Positions 1 through 7,650 of a stretch of 64,000 nt of DNA are shown here, piece after piece. Numbering within the stretch: the first letter of the stretch is position 1; each line of letters opens with the position of its first letter. Both the position numbers and the translations under genes were made by a program. The notes beneath the pieces were generated by a model, which was not told the origin of the DNA, did not search any database, and was given only the letters and a program-made list of their open reading frames with translations. Origin of the DNA: Myxococcota bacterium (lineage in GTDB: Bacteria > Myxococcota_A > Polyangia > Nannocystales > Nannocystaceae); contig JBCCHT010000003.1 in NCBI GenBank assembly GCA_039028615.1, positions 352,001-416,000 on the forward strand. Reading direction: 5' to 3'.

Positions 1-2
1 GC

Positions 3-650
3 GTCTCCACCGAGATTCCCCTCGACGGCGGCGACCTCACCTACGTCGCGGCCACGTCGGACGGCGGCTGGGAGAAGGTCGAAGAGCCTGGCCCCATCGC
101 GGTCGACGTCGGCATTCCCAGCGCCACGAGCAATCGTCTCGCCTGGCACGACGTCCCCGTCGAGCGCCTGTACGTCGACGAGGACAAGACCAAGCCCTTC
201 AGCGGCGTCATCGATCCGGGGGGCAAGCGCGCCACTGGCTCGGACGGCACCGTGCACACCGGGCTGTGGGGTGACGCGGTAGAGAGCGGGGCGCCGCTGA
301 CCATGCTCGGCTTCCGTCGCGGCCTGAGCTCGCTCGGCGACTTCGGCCACTTCGTGGTCCTGCTGTGTGTGGTGCTCTTTGGCATCTCCACCGCGATCTC
401 GTGGAGCTACTACGGCGACCGCTGTGCCAACTACGTGCTCGGGGCCAAGGCGGTTCTGCCCTACCGCGTGGTGTTCGTGGGCATGCACTTCCTCGGTGCC
501 GTCTTACCCCTGCAGCTGGCGTGGGACCTGGGCGACGTGCTGCTCGGCATCGTCATCTTGCCCAACCTCATCGCGTTGGTGATGCTCTCGCCGCAAGTGG
601 CCGAGATGACGCGAAGCTACTTCCGCCGCCGCCCCTGGCGACGTTCCTAA
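3..650 (+). CDS. Alanine/glycine:cation symporter (AGCS/AlsT family), 5'-truncated by window edge
   Basis: Frame is open from position 3. C-terminal motifs LFGISTAISWSYYG, YRVVF and WDLGD...PNLIAL are typical of sodium:alanine symporters. Confidence 0.85.
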   Translation, partial: VSTEIPLDGGDLTYVAATSDGGWEKVEEPGPIAVDVGIPSATSNRLAWHDVPVERLYVDEDKTKPFSGVIDPGGKRATGSDGTVHTGLWGDAVESGAPLTMLGFRRGLSSLGDFGHFVVLLCVVLFGISTAISWSYYGDRCANYVLGAKAVLPYRVVFVGMHFLGAVLPLQLAWDLGDVLLGIVILPNLIALVMLSPQVAEMTRSYFRRRPWRRS

Positions 651-659
651 AGGCGCGTC

Positions 660-1724
660 ATGGCCGAGCTGTCGATCATCGACCCGCACATCCATCAGTG
701 GGATCCGCAGAACACCCCGCGGCCCGCGACGCCCTTCGTGAAGCTGCTGGGGTGGAACCAGACCCTGCTGCGCTCGCTGCCGCAGCGGCTGCTGCCGCGA
801 GCCACGGGCGACTTCGTCGGCATTCCCGACTACCTCGTCACGCCCTACATGCCGCCCGACTACGCCGCCGACCACGGCCGCCACGACGTGCGGGGCTACG
901 TGTACATCGAGGCGAGCTGGACGGGGCGGGGGCGCCTGGCCGAGGCCGACGAGACCCGCTGGATGGAGTCGGTCGCGCAGCAGCACGACACCTCGGGTCC
1001 GCGCCTGCTGGGCATCGTGGCCGCGGCCGATCTGCGTCGCGACGACCTGGCCGACCTGCTTCGGGCCCACCGCGACGCGAGCACCCGCCTGGTGGGTATT
1101 CGCGACAAGCTCGCCTGGAGCCCGGACAAGGGGGTCATGGACTTCGCGCCCGCGCCCCAGATGATGAGCGACCCCGACTGGCGCCGCGGCTACGCCATGC
1201 TGGCCGAGCACGACCTCACCTTCGACGCGTGGATCTACGACCACCAGATCAACGCGCTCGGTGACCTGCTGCGGGCGCAGCCGGGCGGTCGCGTGATCCT
1301 CGATCACCTCGCGACCCCGGTCGGCGCGGGCGGGCCCTTCGCCTCCAGCGGTGCCGACGAGTCCGAGCAGAAAGCCATCCGCACCAAGTGGCGCGAGGCC
1401 ATCGCTCGGCTCGCCGACTTCCCGCAGCTTTCGGTCAAGCTCTCGGGGATGTTCATGCCCGTGCTGGGCTGGGGGCTGCACGGGCGCAGTGCTCCCGTCA
1501 CCGTCGAGCAGATCGCCGACGCGCTGCACCCCTTCGTCGAGCACGCGCTGTCGTGCTTCGGGGTGGAGCGCTGCATGTTCGCGTCCAACTTCCCCATGGA
1601 CAAAGTCTCGCTCGGCTTCGAGCAGCTCTACGACGGCTACCGAACACTCGTGGAATCTCGTCCCGAGGCGGAACAGCGCGCGCTCTTCCACGACAACGCG
1701 CAGCGCATATACTCGCTTCCGTGA
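660..1724 (+). CDS. Amidohydrolase family protein (amidohydro_2 / lactonase-like)
   Basis: Motifs IIDPHIHQWD, ILDHLATP, VKLSG and CMFASNFPMD. Confidence 0.85.
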   Translation: MAELSIIDPHIHQWDPQNTPRPATPFVKLLGWNQTLLRSLPQRLLPRATGDFVGIPDYLVTPYMPPDYAADHGRHDVRGYVYIEASWTGRGRLAEADETRWMESVAQQHDTSGPRLLGIVAAADLRRDDLADLLRAHRDASTRLVGIRDKLAWSPDKGVMDFAPAPQMMSDPDWRRGYAMLAEHDLTFDAWIYDHQINALGDLLRAQPGGRVILDHLATPVGAGGPFASSGADESEQKAIRTKWREAIARLADFPQLSVKLSGMFMPVLGWGLHGRSAPVTVEQIADALHPFVEHALSCFGVERCMFASNFPMDKVSLGFEQLYDGYRTLVESRPEAEQRALFHDNAQRIYSLP

Positions 1725-3658
1725 TCCTCGACGCCGTGCCCCCGCCCGAGCGCCCGACCACGGGCGTCGCGACCGAAGCCCGCAGCCTGGGCGACATGTT
1801 CCTGCGGCGGGTCGAGGCGACCCCCGACCGGCAGGCGTGGCGGGCCAAGCGGGGCTCGAGCTGGCGGGGGACGACCTGGAAGGACGCGCACGACCAGGCC
1901 TCCGCCGTCGGCACCTGGCTCGTCGCCCAGGGGCTCGAGGGGGGCGACAAGGTACTGATGGTGGGCAGCACGCGGCCCGAGTGGTGCGTGTGTGACCTCG
2001 CCGGGCAGCTGGCGGGCATGGTCACCATCGGGGCCTATCCCACCCTCACCAACGAGCAGCTCGCCTACGTCATCGAGCACTCCGATACCCGGGTGATCTT
2101 CGTCGAGGGCGCGGAGGGGCTGGAGCGGGTTCGAGCCATTCGTGGGCAGTGTTCGCAGCTGCTGCGGGTGGTGGTCTGGGACTCCGAGGGCATCGAACCG
2201 GCCGACGACGTCGTGTTCCTGGCCGACGTGCTGAAGACCGAGCCCGAGCCCGACGACCTCGCCGCGCGCGAGTCCAAGGTCGAACGCGAAGCGGTGGCGA
2301 TCATCGTCTACACCAGCGGGACCACCGGGCCTCCCAAGGGCGCGATGATCACCCACGCCAACATCCTCGGCTTCGTCAAGGCCGACCTCGGCTACGGCTT
2401 CGACGTGCAGGACGAAGGGCTGAGCTTCCTGCCGATGGCGCACGTCGCCGAGCGCATCGCGAACTTCTACGTGCGCATCCACCACGGCATGGGCACCGCC
2501 TTCGCCAGCAGCATTCCCGCCGTGCTCACCGAGATCCAGGAGGTCAAGCCGACCCTCTTCGGGTCGGTGCCTCGTATCTTCGAAAAGGCCCACGACCGGG
2601 TCCAGGGCGAGGTCGACAAGGCGCCCGCGCTACGCCAGAAGGTCTTTCGCTGGGCCGAGAGCGTGGGCCTGCGGGTCGTCGACGCCTGGCAGCAGGGTCG
2701 GCCGGTCAGCCCCATGCTGCGGCTGCAGTACAACCTCGCCGATCGCATCGTCTACTCCAAGCTCCGCGACGTGTTCGGCGGGCAGGTCCGGTTCTTCCTG
2801 ACTGGTGCCGCGCCCATCCCCGACCGAGTCCTGCGCTTTTTCTGGGCGATGGGCTTCCGCGTCTTCGAGGCCTACGGCCAGACCGAAGCCACCGTCATCA
2901 CCCACGGCAATCGCCCCGGCTATACCCGTTTGGGCTCGGTGGGGCGGCCCCTGCCGGGGGTCGAGCAGAAGCTCGCCGACGACGGTGAGGTCTTGGTGCG
3001 GGGCAGCTGTGTCTTTGCCGGCTACCACAAGAACCCCGAGGCCACCGCCGAGACCATCGACCAGGACGGCTGGCTGCATACCGGGGACATCGGTCGGATC
3101 GACGACGACGGCTTCTTGTATCTCGTCGATCGCAAGAAGCACATCATCATCACCGCGGGCGGCAAGAACCTCACCCCGGCCAACATCGAAAACGAGATCA
3201 AGGCCGAGGACCCGCTCATCTCCCAGGTGCATGCGCACGGCGATCGGCGACCCTACGTCAGCGCCCTGGTCACGCTGAGCCCCGTCGATTCCATCGATTT
3301 TGCGCTCGCGCAGGGCAAGGTCTCCAACGCCGACGCCGACCGCATGCGCGCCGCGCTGATCGAAAACCCCCTGGCCCGGCCCGAGGGGCTCGATGCCTTG
3401 CTGGCCCAGGTCGGCGAGATGAAGCCCGTGCAGGAGCGCATCATCGCCGCCGTGCAGCGGGGCAACACCTCGTTGTCGCGGGTCGAGAAGGTCAAGCGAG
3501 TGGTCGTGCTCGACCGCGAGCTGTCGCTCGAAGAGGACGAGATCACCCCCACGCTCAAGGTCAAGCGCAAGAACGTCGAGACGCACTTCGCCGAGCTGTT
3601 CGACCGGCTCTACGAAGACGACGCCTTCGGCCTCACCATCGAGCAGAGGCGCAGCTGA
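1721..3658 (+). CDS. Long-chain fatty acid-CoA ligase (AMP-dependent synthetase)
   Basis: Motifs YTSGTTGPPKG, EAYGQTE, GWLHTGDIG, DRKK and ITPTLKVKR. GTG start overlaps the upstream TGA (GTGA). Confidence 0.9.
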   Translation: MILDAVPPPERPTTGVATEARSLGDMFLRRVEATPDRQAWRAKRGSSWRGTTWKDAHDQASAVGTWLVAQGLEGGDKVLMVGSTRPEWCVCDLAGQLAGMVTIGAYPTLTNEQLAYVIEHSDTRVIFVEGAEGLERVRAIRGQCSQLLRVVVWDSEGIEPADDVVFLADVLKTEPEPDDLAARESKVEREAVAIIVYTSGTTGPPKGAMITHANILGFVKADLGYGFDVQDEGLSFLPMAHVAERIANFYVRIHHGMGTAFASSIPAVLTEIQEVKPTLFGSVPRIFEKAHDRVQGEVDKAPALRQKVFRWAESVGLRVVDAWQQGRPVSPMLRLQYNLADRIVYSKLRDVFGGQVRFFLTGAAPIPDRVLRFFWAMGFRVFEAYGQTEATVITHGNRPGYTRLGSVGRPLPGVEQKLADDGEVLVRGSCVFAGYHKNPEATAETIDQDGWLHTGDIGRIDDDGFLYLVDRKKHIIITAGGKNLTPANIENEIKAEDPLISQVHAHGDRRPYVSALVTLSPVDSIDFALAQGKVSNADADRMRAALIENPLARPEGLDALLAQVGEMKPVQERIIAAVQRGNTSLSRVEKVKRVVVLDRELSLEEDEITPTLKVKRKNVETHFAELFDRLYEDDAFGLTIEQRRS

Positions 3659-3662
3659 ACCC

Positions 3663-4133
3663 ATGAAATATGTCTCGTTGAAGCGATTGTGCGTCGTGGC
3701 CGTGCTCTTCGGTCTCGGTGCGTGCGCGACCGAAGAGCCGGGCGGCATCGAGGCTTCGGTGTCACGGGCCGAGCTCGACGTCGACCCCGCGATGCCCGAG
3801 GCTCGCGCCGAGCTCGACGTCACCGTCGAGGTCCTCACCCGCGGCCAGCCCGAAGACGTGACCCTCGAGGCCGTGGTGATCCACGAGCTGCCCCTGGCCG
3901 ACGACTCCGACTCGATCACGTTCGTGCCCCAGCTGGTCAACCCGCAGGGCGACGACCCCATCGTGCGCCTCGTCGCGGGCGAGGAAATCGTCCTGCGCGT
4001 GCTCAATGCCGGCACCACCAACGAGGAGCTGTCCCCGTGGTGCAACCGTCCCGTGCAGCTGGCGGTCACGCTGGCGACGGCCAGCGGAGCCGAGGCCGAG
4101 GCCACGCAAGACATCTCCGTCCGTTGCCCCTGA
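3663..4133 (+). CDS. Hypothetical lipoprotein
   Basis: Signal peptide with lipobox LGAC; coding-like codon bias. Confidence 0.7.
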   Translation: MKYVSLKRLCVVAVLFGLGACATEEPGGIEASVSRAELDVDPAMPEARAELDVTVEVLTRGQPEDVTLEAVVIHELPLADDSDSITFVPQLVNPQGDDPIVRLVAGEEIVLRVLNAGTTNEELSPWCNRPVQLAVTLATASGAEAEATQDISVRCP

Positions 4134-4151
4134 TTGCGCTATCCTGGGCCC

Positions 4152-4358
4152 ATGTCGCTGCCGGGCGCCCGCCTTCGATGGCACCTCATCGAGAAGCCTC
4201 GTGCTCCGTTCGTTTGTGATGTCTGTGGCCAGTCGATTCCCGAGTCGGAGCTGCACACCTTCACCACGCTGCCCACGATGTACTACGACACGCCGCCGGC
4301 CGGGTACGAGCCGTGCAACAAGGGCTTCGATCCGCTGAAGGTCGAGTACGACGCTTGA
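4152..4358 (+). CDS. Small hypothetical protein with CxxC
   Basis: 68-aa ORF containing CDVC. TATCCT lies 6 nt upstream of the ATG, and the stop overlaps the next gene's TTG start. Confidence 0.55.
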   Translation: MSLPGARLRWHLIEKPRAPFVCDVCGQSIPESELHTFTTLPTMYYDTPPAGYEPCNKGFDPLKVEYDA

Positions 4359-4876
4359 GAGCGCGTCGCTTTCGGGGGCAGGGGCTCGAGTTTCGACCGC
4401 TGACACCGGATGATCGGAGGTTGTTCGTCGGGCTCTTCGGGAGCCCCGAGGTGATGCGCTACGTCGCCGATCCGTTTCCGCCCTCGCAGGCCGACGAGGC
4501 GTTCGAAGGCCTCATGGTGGCCACGGCGGGGCCGCGGCCGAGCAAGCTGCGCTGGACGATGTGGCACGACGGCTTCGACGACGCCGTGGGGTTTTGCGGG
4601 GTCAACTGGTCGGGCGAGGACGCTCGAGATGGCGAGCTGGGCCTGATGCTCCGGCCGCAGTGCTGGGGGCGAGGGTGGTGCGAGGACGGCCTGCGGGCGC
4701 TCGTGGTCGAGTGCGCGGGGGCGAGGGGCGGCGGCCTGTTCTGCCAGTCCTACGAGTCCCACGTTCGGGTGCGGCATATCGTCGAACAAAAGCTCGGCCT
4801 GCGGGTGAGCGAGCGGCTGCCCGGGACCGAGGCCCTCGGCCCCTTGCTTCGCTACGAGTTCCCCGATCCGGCATGA
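4355..4876 (+). CDS. GNAT N-acetyltransferase (RimJ/RimL type)
   Basis: Motifs LEFRPLTPDD, PEVMRY and GELGLMLRPQCWGRG. TTG start at 4355 overlaps the upstream TGA. Confidence 0.75.
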   Translation: MRARRFRGQGLEFRPLTPDDRRLFVGLFGSPEVMRYVADPFPPSQADEAFEGLMVATAGPRPSKLRWTMWHDGFDDAVGFCGVNWSGEDARDGELGLMLRPQCWGRGWCEDGLRALVVECAGARGGGLFCQSYESHVRVRHIVEQKLGLRVSERLPGTEALGPLLRYEFPDPA

Positions 4877-4909
4877 AAAAGGGCCGGCGATGAGCCGACC
4901 CTCTTTTTT
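4876..4909 (-). terminator. Intrinsic terminator (probably bidirectional) ending the borosin transcript
   Basis: Minus strand reads AGGGTCGGC-TCATC-GCCGGCCCT-TTTT, a 9-bp stem with one G.U pair followed by a U tract. A T6 tract also follows the hairpin on the plus strand. Confidence 0.8.
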
Positions 4910-4945
4910 GTCCTCAGCCCTGAAGGCTGGTCTGTTCGAGCCGAC

Positions 4946-5317
4946 CTAGTAGGCGATCACCAATTGGCGGTGGTCGTTGGGGTCGTGCGTGAACAGGATC
5001 TGGCGGTGCTCGTCCTGGCCATGGGTCGCCAGGATCTGGCGATGCTCGTCTCCGGCATAGGTGATCACCATGTGGCGATGCTCGTCCTGGCCGTGGGTCA
5101 CGAGGACCTGGCGGTGCTCGCCGTCGGCATAGGCGACCACTAGGTGGCGGTGCTCGTCCTGGCCGTGGGTCACCAAGACTTGGCGGTGCTCGGCGTCGTC
5201 ACCCGCGGCGAGACCAGCGTCGGCGAGCACACTCGAGGGGTCGTCGCGGAACGCCCGAAGCTTCTCGGAGTTCGAACCCAGCTCCACCAGGAAGTTCAGC
5301 GTGTCTTGCTCGCTCAT
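4946..5317 (-). CDS. Split-borosin RiPP precursor peptide: borosin-binding leader plus 7 tandem cores
   Basis: Leader LNFLVELGSNSEKLRAFRDDPSSVLADAGL resembles SonA-type binding domains. Strong AAGGAG RBS. Lies directly downstream of the borosin methyltransferase. Confidence 0.88.
   Translation of the reverse strand: MSEQDTLNFLVELGSNSEKLRAFRDDPSSVLADAGLAAGDDAEHRQVLVTHGQDEHRHLVVAYADGEHRQVLVTHGQDEHRHMVITYAGDEHRQILATHGQDEHRQILFTHDPNDHRQLVIAY
4949..5191 (-). repeat. In-frame 36-bp tandem repeat (7 units; alternating units give a 72-bp higher-order period) encoding the precursor cores
   Basis: EHRQVLVTHGQD / EHRHLVVAYADG / EHRQVLVTHGQD / EHRHMVITYAGD / EHRQILATHGQD / EHRQILFTHDPN / DHRQLVIAY. Confidence 0.95.
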
Positions 5318-5350
5318 TGGACTCCTTAATTCAATGAGGACGCCGGGCTG

Positions 5351-6169
5351 TCAAGTCAGATCGTCCTGCGACAACCCGAGCTTCTCGAGCATGGCGCCAT
5401 TCACTTCGAGCGGGCGTGCGGGCGGAATCACCAGCGTGGTGATCATGCTCAGCGTCGCCGACGCCAGCTCGGAGAGTGGGCGCGATTCCATTCTCGGCGT
5501 GCCGGTCGGGAGGAAGGGCGCCTCGTAGAGCGTGACGAGGTGATCGGCGGGGTACCACTGGCGCAAGTAGTCCACCGCGATCTGCACCTTGTCCGGCGTC
5601 GTCGCGAACGTGCGCAGGGTGTGCTCGCCCACCAGGCCCCACTGCCACAGGATCATGAGCGCGCTCGGATCGACCGGGTGCTGGTAGAACAGGAACTGAC
5701 TCGCCTCGTAGGACAGACACCCGGTGGTGCCGGGGTCCAGGCCGAGGTCGGCGACGAGGCAATCCTCCGCGGAGATGCCCGGCTCCATCCACGCCTCCAA
5801 GCCTTCGGCCTGCGCCCGTCGAATGCTCTCGTGTGATGGCCAGGCGAAGACCCCGGGATGCCCGTAGAAGGCACCCACGACTTTACGACCGGCTCGAGCC
5901 GGCGCCAGGATCGCTTCGACCATTTCCTCGTAGGTCTGACGACGCGACTTGCCCTCGCCGTAAAAGCGCTGCAGCGACTGGTAATTCGGGTTCATCGACT
6001 CGAGCCACTGGTCGGCCATCGCATCGGGCATGGCCCCGAATACGAGGTCGGCTTCGCGGATGTAGCTGCTCGCGAGGGTGGAGATGTGGCTGCCCAAGCA
6101 GATGCCCGTGCCGAGGCATACGACGCTGCCGCCTCGGTGGCCGTCGTCGCCGGTCTTCGGTGCGCTCAT
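5351..6169 (-). CDS. Borosin alpha-N-methyltransferase (SonM/OphMA-like, tetrapyrrole methylase fold), stand-alone
   Basis: Motifs GSVVCLGTGI, FYGEGKSRRQTYEEM (catalytic Y/R/Y), FYGHPGVF, MEPGISAEDCLVADLGLDP, GCLSYEASQFL, ILWQWG, YP.DH.V.LYEA and TTLVIPP. Confidence 0.93.
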   Translation of the reverse strand: MSAPKTGDDGHRGGSVVCLGTGICLGSHISTLASSYIREADLVFGAMPDAMADQWLESMNPNYQSLQRFYGEGKSRRQTYEEMVEAILAPARAGRKVVGAFYGHPGVFAWPSHESIRRAQAEGLEAWMEPGISAEDCLVADLGLDPGTTGCLSYEASQFLFYQHPVDPSALMILWQWGLVGEHTLRTFATTPDKVQIAVDYLRQWYPADHLVTLYEAPFLPTGTPRMESRPLSELASATLSMITTLVIPPARPLEVNGAMLEKLGLSQDDLT

Positions 6170-6276
6170 TGGCGGTGAGCGTAGCCGCCAGGGGCCGCAG
6201 GTGCACTCGCTCCGTGACCCGCGTCACCTCGTAGCGTTGACGCCACCAAAGCGCCCCTCCTATCGTCGGCGCCGAG

Positions 6277-7275
6277 ATGAAGCGCGCCCTGGTCACTGGA
6301 GGATGTGGATTCGTCGGGCGTCACCTCGCCGATGCCCTGGCCGACCGAGGAGACCAGGTCACCGCCATCGACATCGCGGGTGAAGCATGGCGGCCTGAGG
6401 TCGAAGTGAAGATCGTCGACATCCGCGATCCGGCCGCCATCGACGCGGCCGTCGAGGGCCACGACGTCGTGTTCCACAACGCGAGCCTCGTGCACACCCG
6501 CCGCAGTCGCGAAGAAGACGTCTGGGCCGTCAACCTCGGCGGCACCAAGAACGTGCTCGCCGCCTGCCGCACGCACGGCATCCGCAAGCTCGTCTACGTC
6601 AGCTCCGCCAGCGTCGTGTACGAGGGCAACGACATCGAAAACGGCGACGAGACCCTCGCCTACGCCGGTACCTCCCAAGCCGCCTACGCGGACTCCAAGA
6701 TCGCCGCCGAGCGCGAGATCCTCGAGCAGAGCGACGACCAGCTCGCCACCTGCTCCATCCGCCCTCACGTCATCTTCGGCCCTGGCGACACCCGCCTGCT
6801 CCCCGCCATCCTCGACCGCGCCCGCCAAGGCCAGCTCAACTACTCCGTCGGCAACGGCACCCACCTGTCCGACTTCACCTACGTCACCAACCTCACCGAC
6901 GCCCTCCTCGCCGCCGAACAGAAGCTCGAGCCCGGCAGCGAGATCGCCGGGGAAGCCTTCTTCGTCACCAACGGCGAGCCGCTCCCCTTCTTCACCTTCG
7001 TCGGCCGCGTCCTCGAGGGCCTCGAGCTCCCCCCCATCCGCCGCCGCGTCCCGTATTTCGTCGCCTACAGCGTCGCCGCCATCAAAGAGACCTGGGACAC
7101 CGTAGTCCGGGGCGGAACCCTCAACTCCGAAGACGGCTTCTCCCGCTTCGCCGTCCGCTACCTGTGCACCCACCACTACTTCGACATCGGCAAAGCCCAA
7201 CGCATGCTCGAATGGACCCCCCGCATCTCCCTGGAAGAGGGCGTCCAACGCACCGTCGCCGCCCTCCGAGCCTAG
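6277..7275 (+). CDS. 3-beta-hydroxysteroid dehydrogenase family, NSDHL/ERG26-like
   Basis: Motifs TGGCGFVG, SSASVVYEGNDIENGDE, YADSK, IRPHVIFGPGD, DFTYVTN and GEAFFVTNGEPLPF. Confidence 0.85.
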   Translation: MKRALVTGGCGFVGRHLADALADRGDQVTAIDIAGEAWRPEVEVKIVDIRDPAAIDAAVEGHDVVFHNASLVHTRRSREEDVWAVNLGGTKNVLAACRTHGIRKLVYVSSASVVYEGNDIENGDETLAYAGTSQAAYADSKIAAEREILEQSDDQLATCSIRPHVIFGPGDTRLLPAILDRARQGQLNYSVGNGTHLSDFTYVTNLTDALLAAEQKLEPGSEIAGEAFFVTNGEPLPFFTFVGRVLEGLELPPIRRRVPYFVAYSVAAIKETWDTVVRGGTLNSEDGFSRFAVRYLCTHHYFDIGKAQRMLEWTPRISLEEGVQRTVAALRA

Positions 7276-7650
7276 TGATGCGGCCACGACCCACGCCGAG
7301 CCATTGGGGAGCACCCCCGTAGGATCAACGACCCCACACCAGCAGCCCCGCGCCGAACTCCGTAGGCCCACACCGAGTCGCACTCCACACCGCCCTCCGC
7401 CGACCGCCGTAAACGGAGGAGCGCCAGCGCCCCTCGCCCAGCAAAAGGGGCCGCGCCGACGGGAGGGCCCCATGCCCCGACCGAGGACTTAAGGCGAGCA
7501 GGCAACTCTTCGCCCAACCTCAGCGGCAACGCTCGCCCCGCAGGGCGGGGCATGGGAGGGGCCCGTCGACAGCAGGCCCCGTGCACCGCAGCGGCCCGAG
7601 CCCATCGAGGACTCCAGCAGCCCGTGCACCGCACGCGGGATCAGCAGACT

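Noticed and set aside
4949..5191. 36-bp periodic repeat as a CRISPR array
   Set aside because: The units are contiguous, in frame and vary at synonymous or conservative positions. There are no unique spacers and no cas genes.
5351..6169. Cobalamin/siroheme tetrapyrrole methylase
   Set aside because: It has borosin-specific motifs (YGHP rather than GDP; AEDC..ADLG.DP) and an adjacent precursor, and there are no cob genes nearby.
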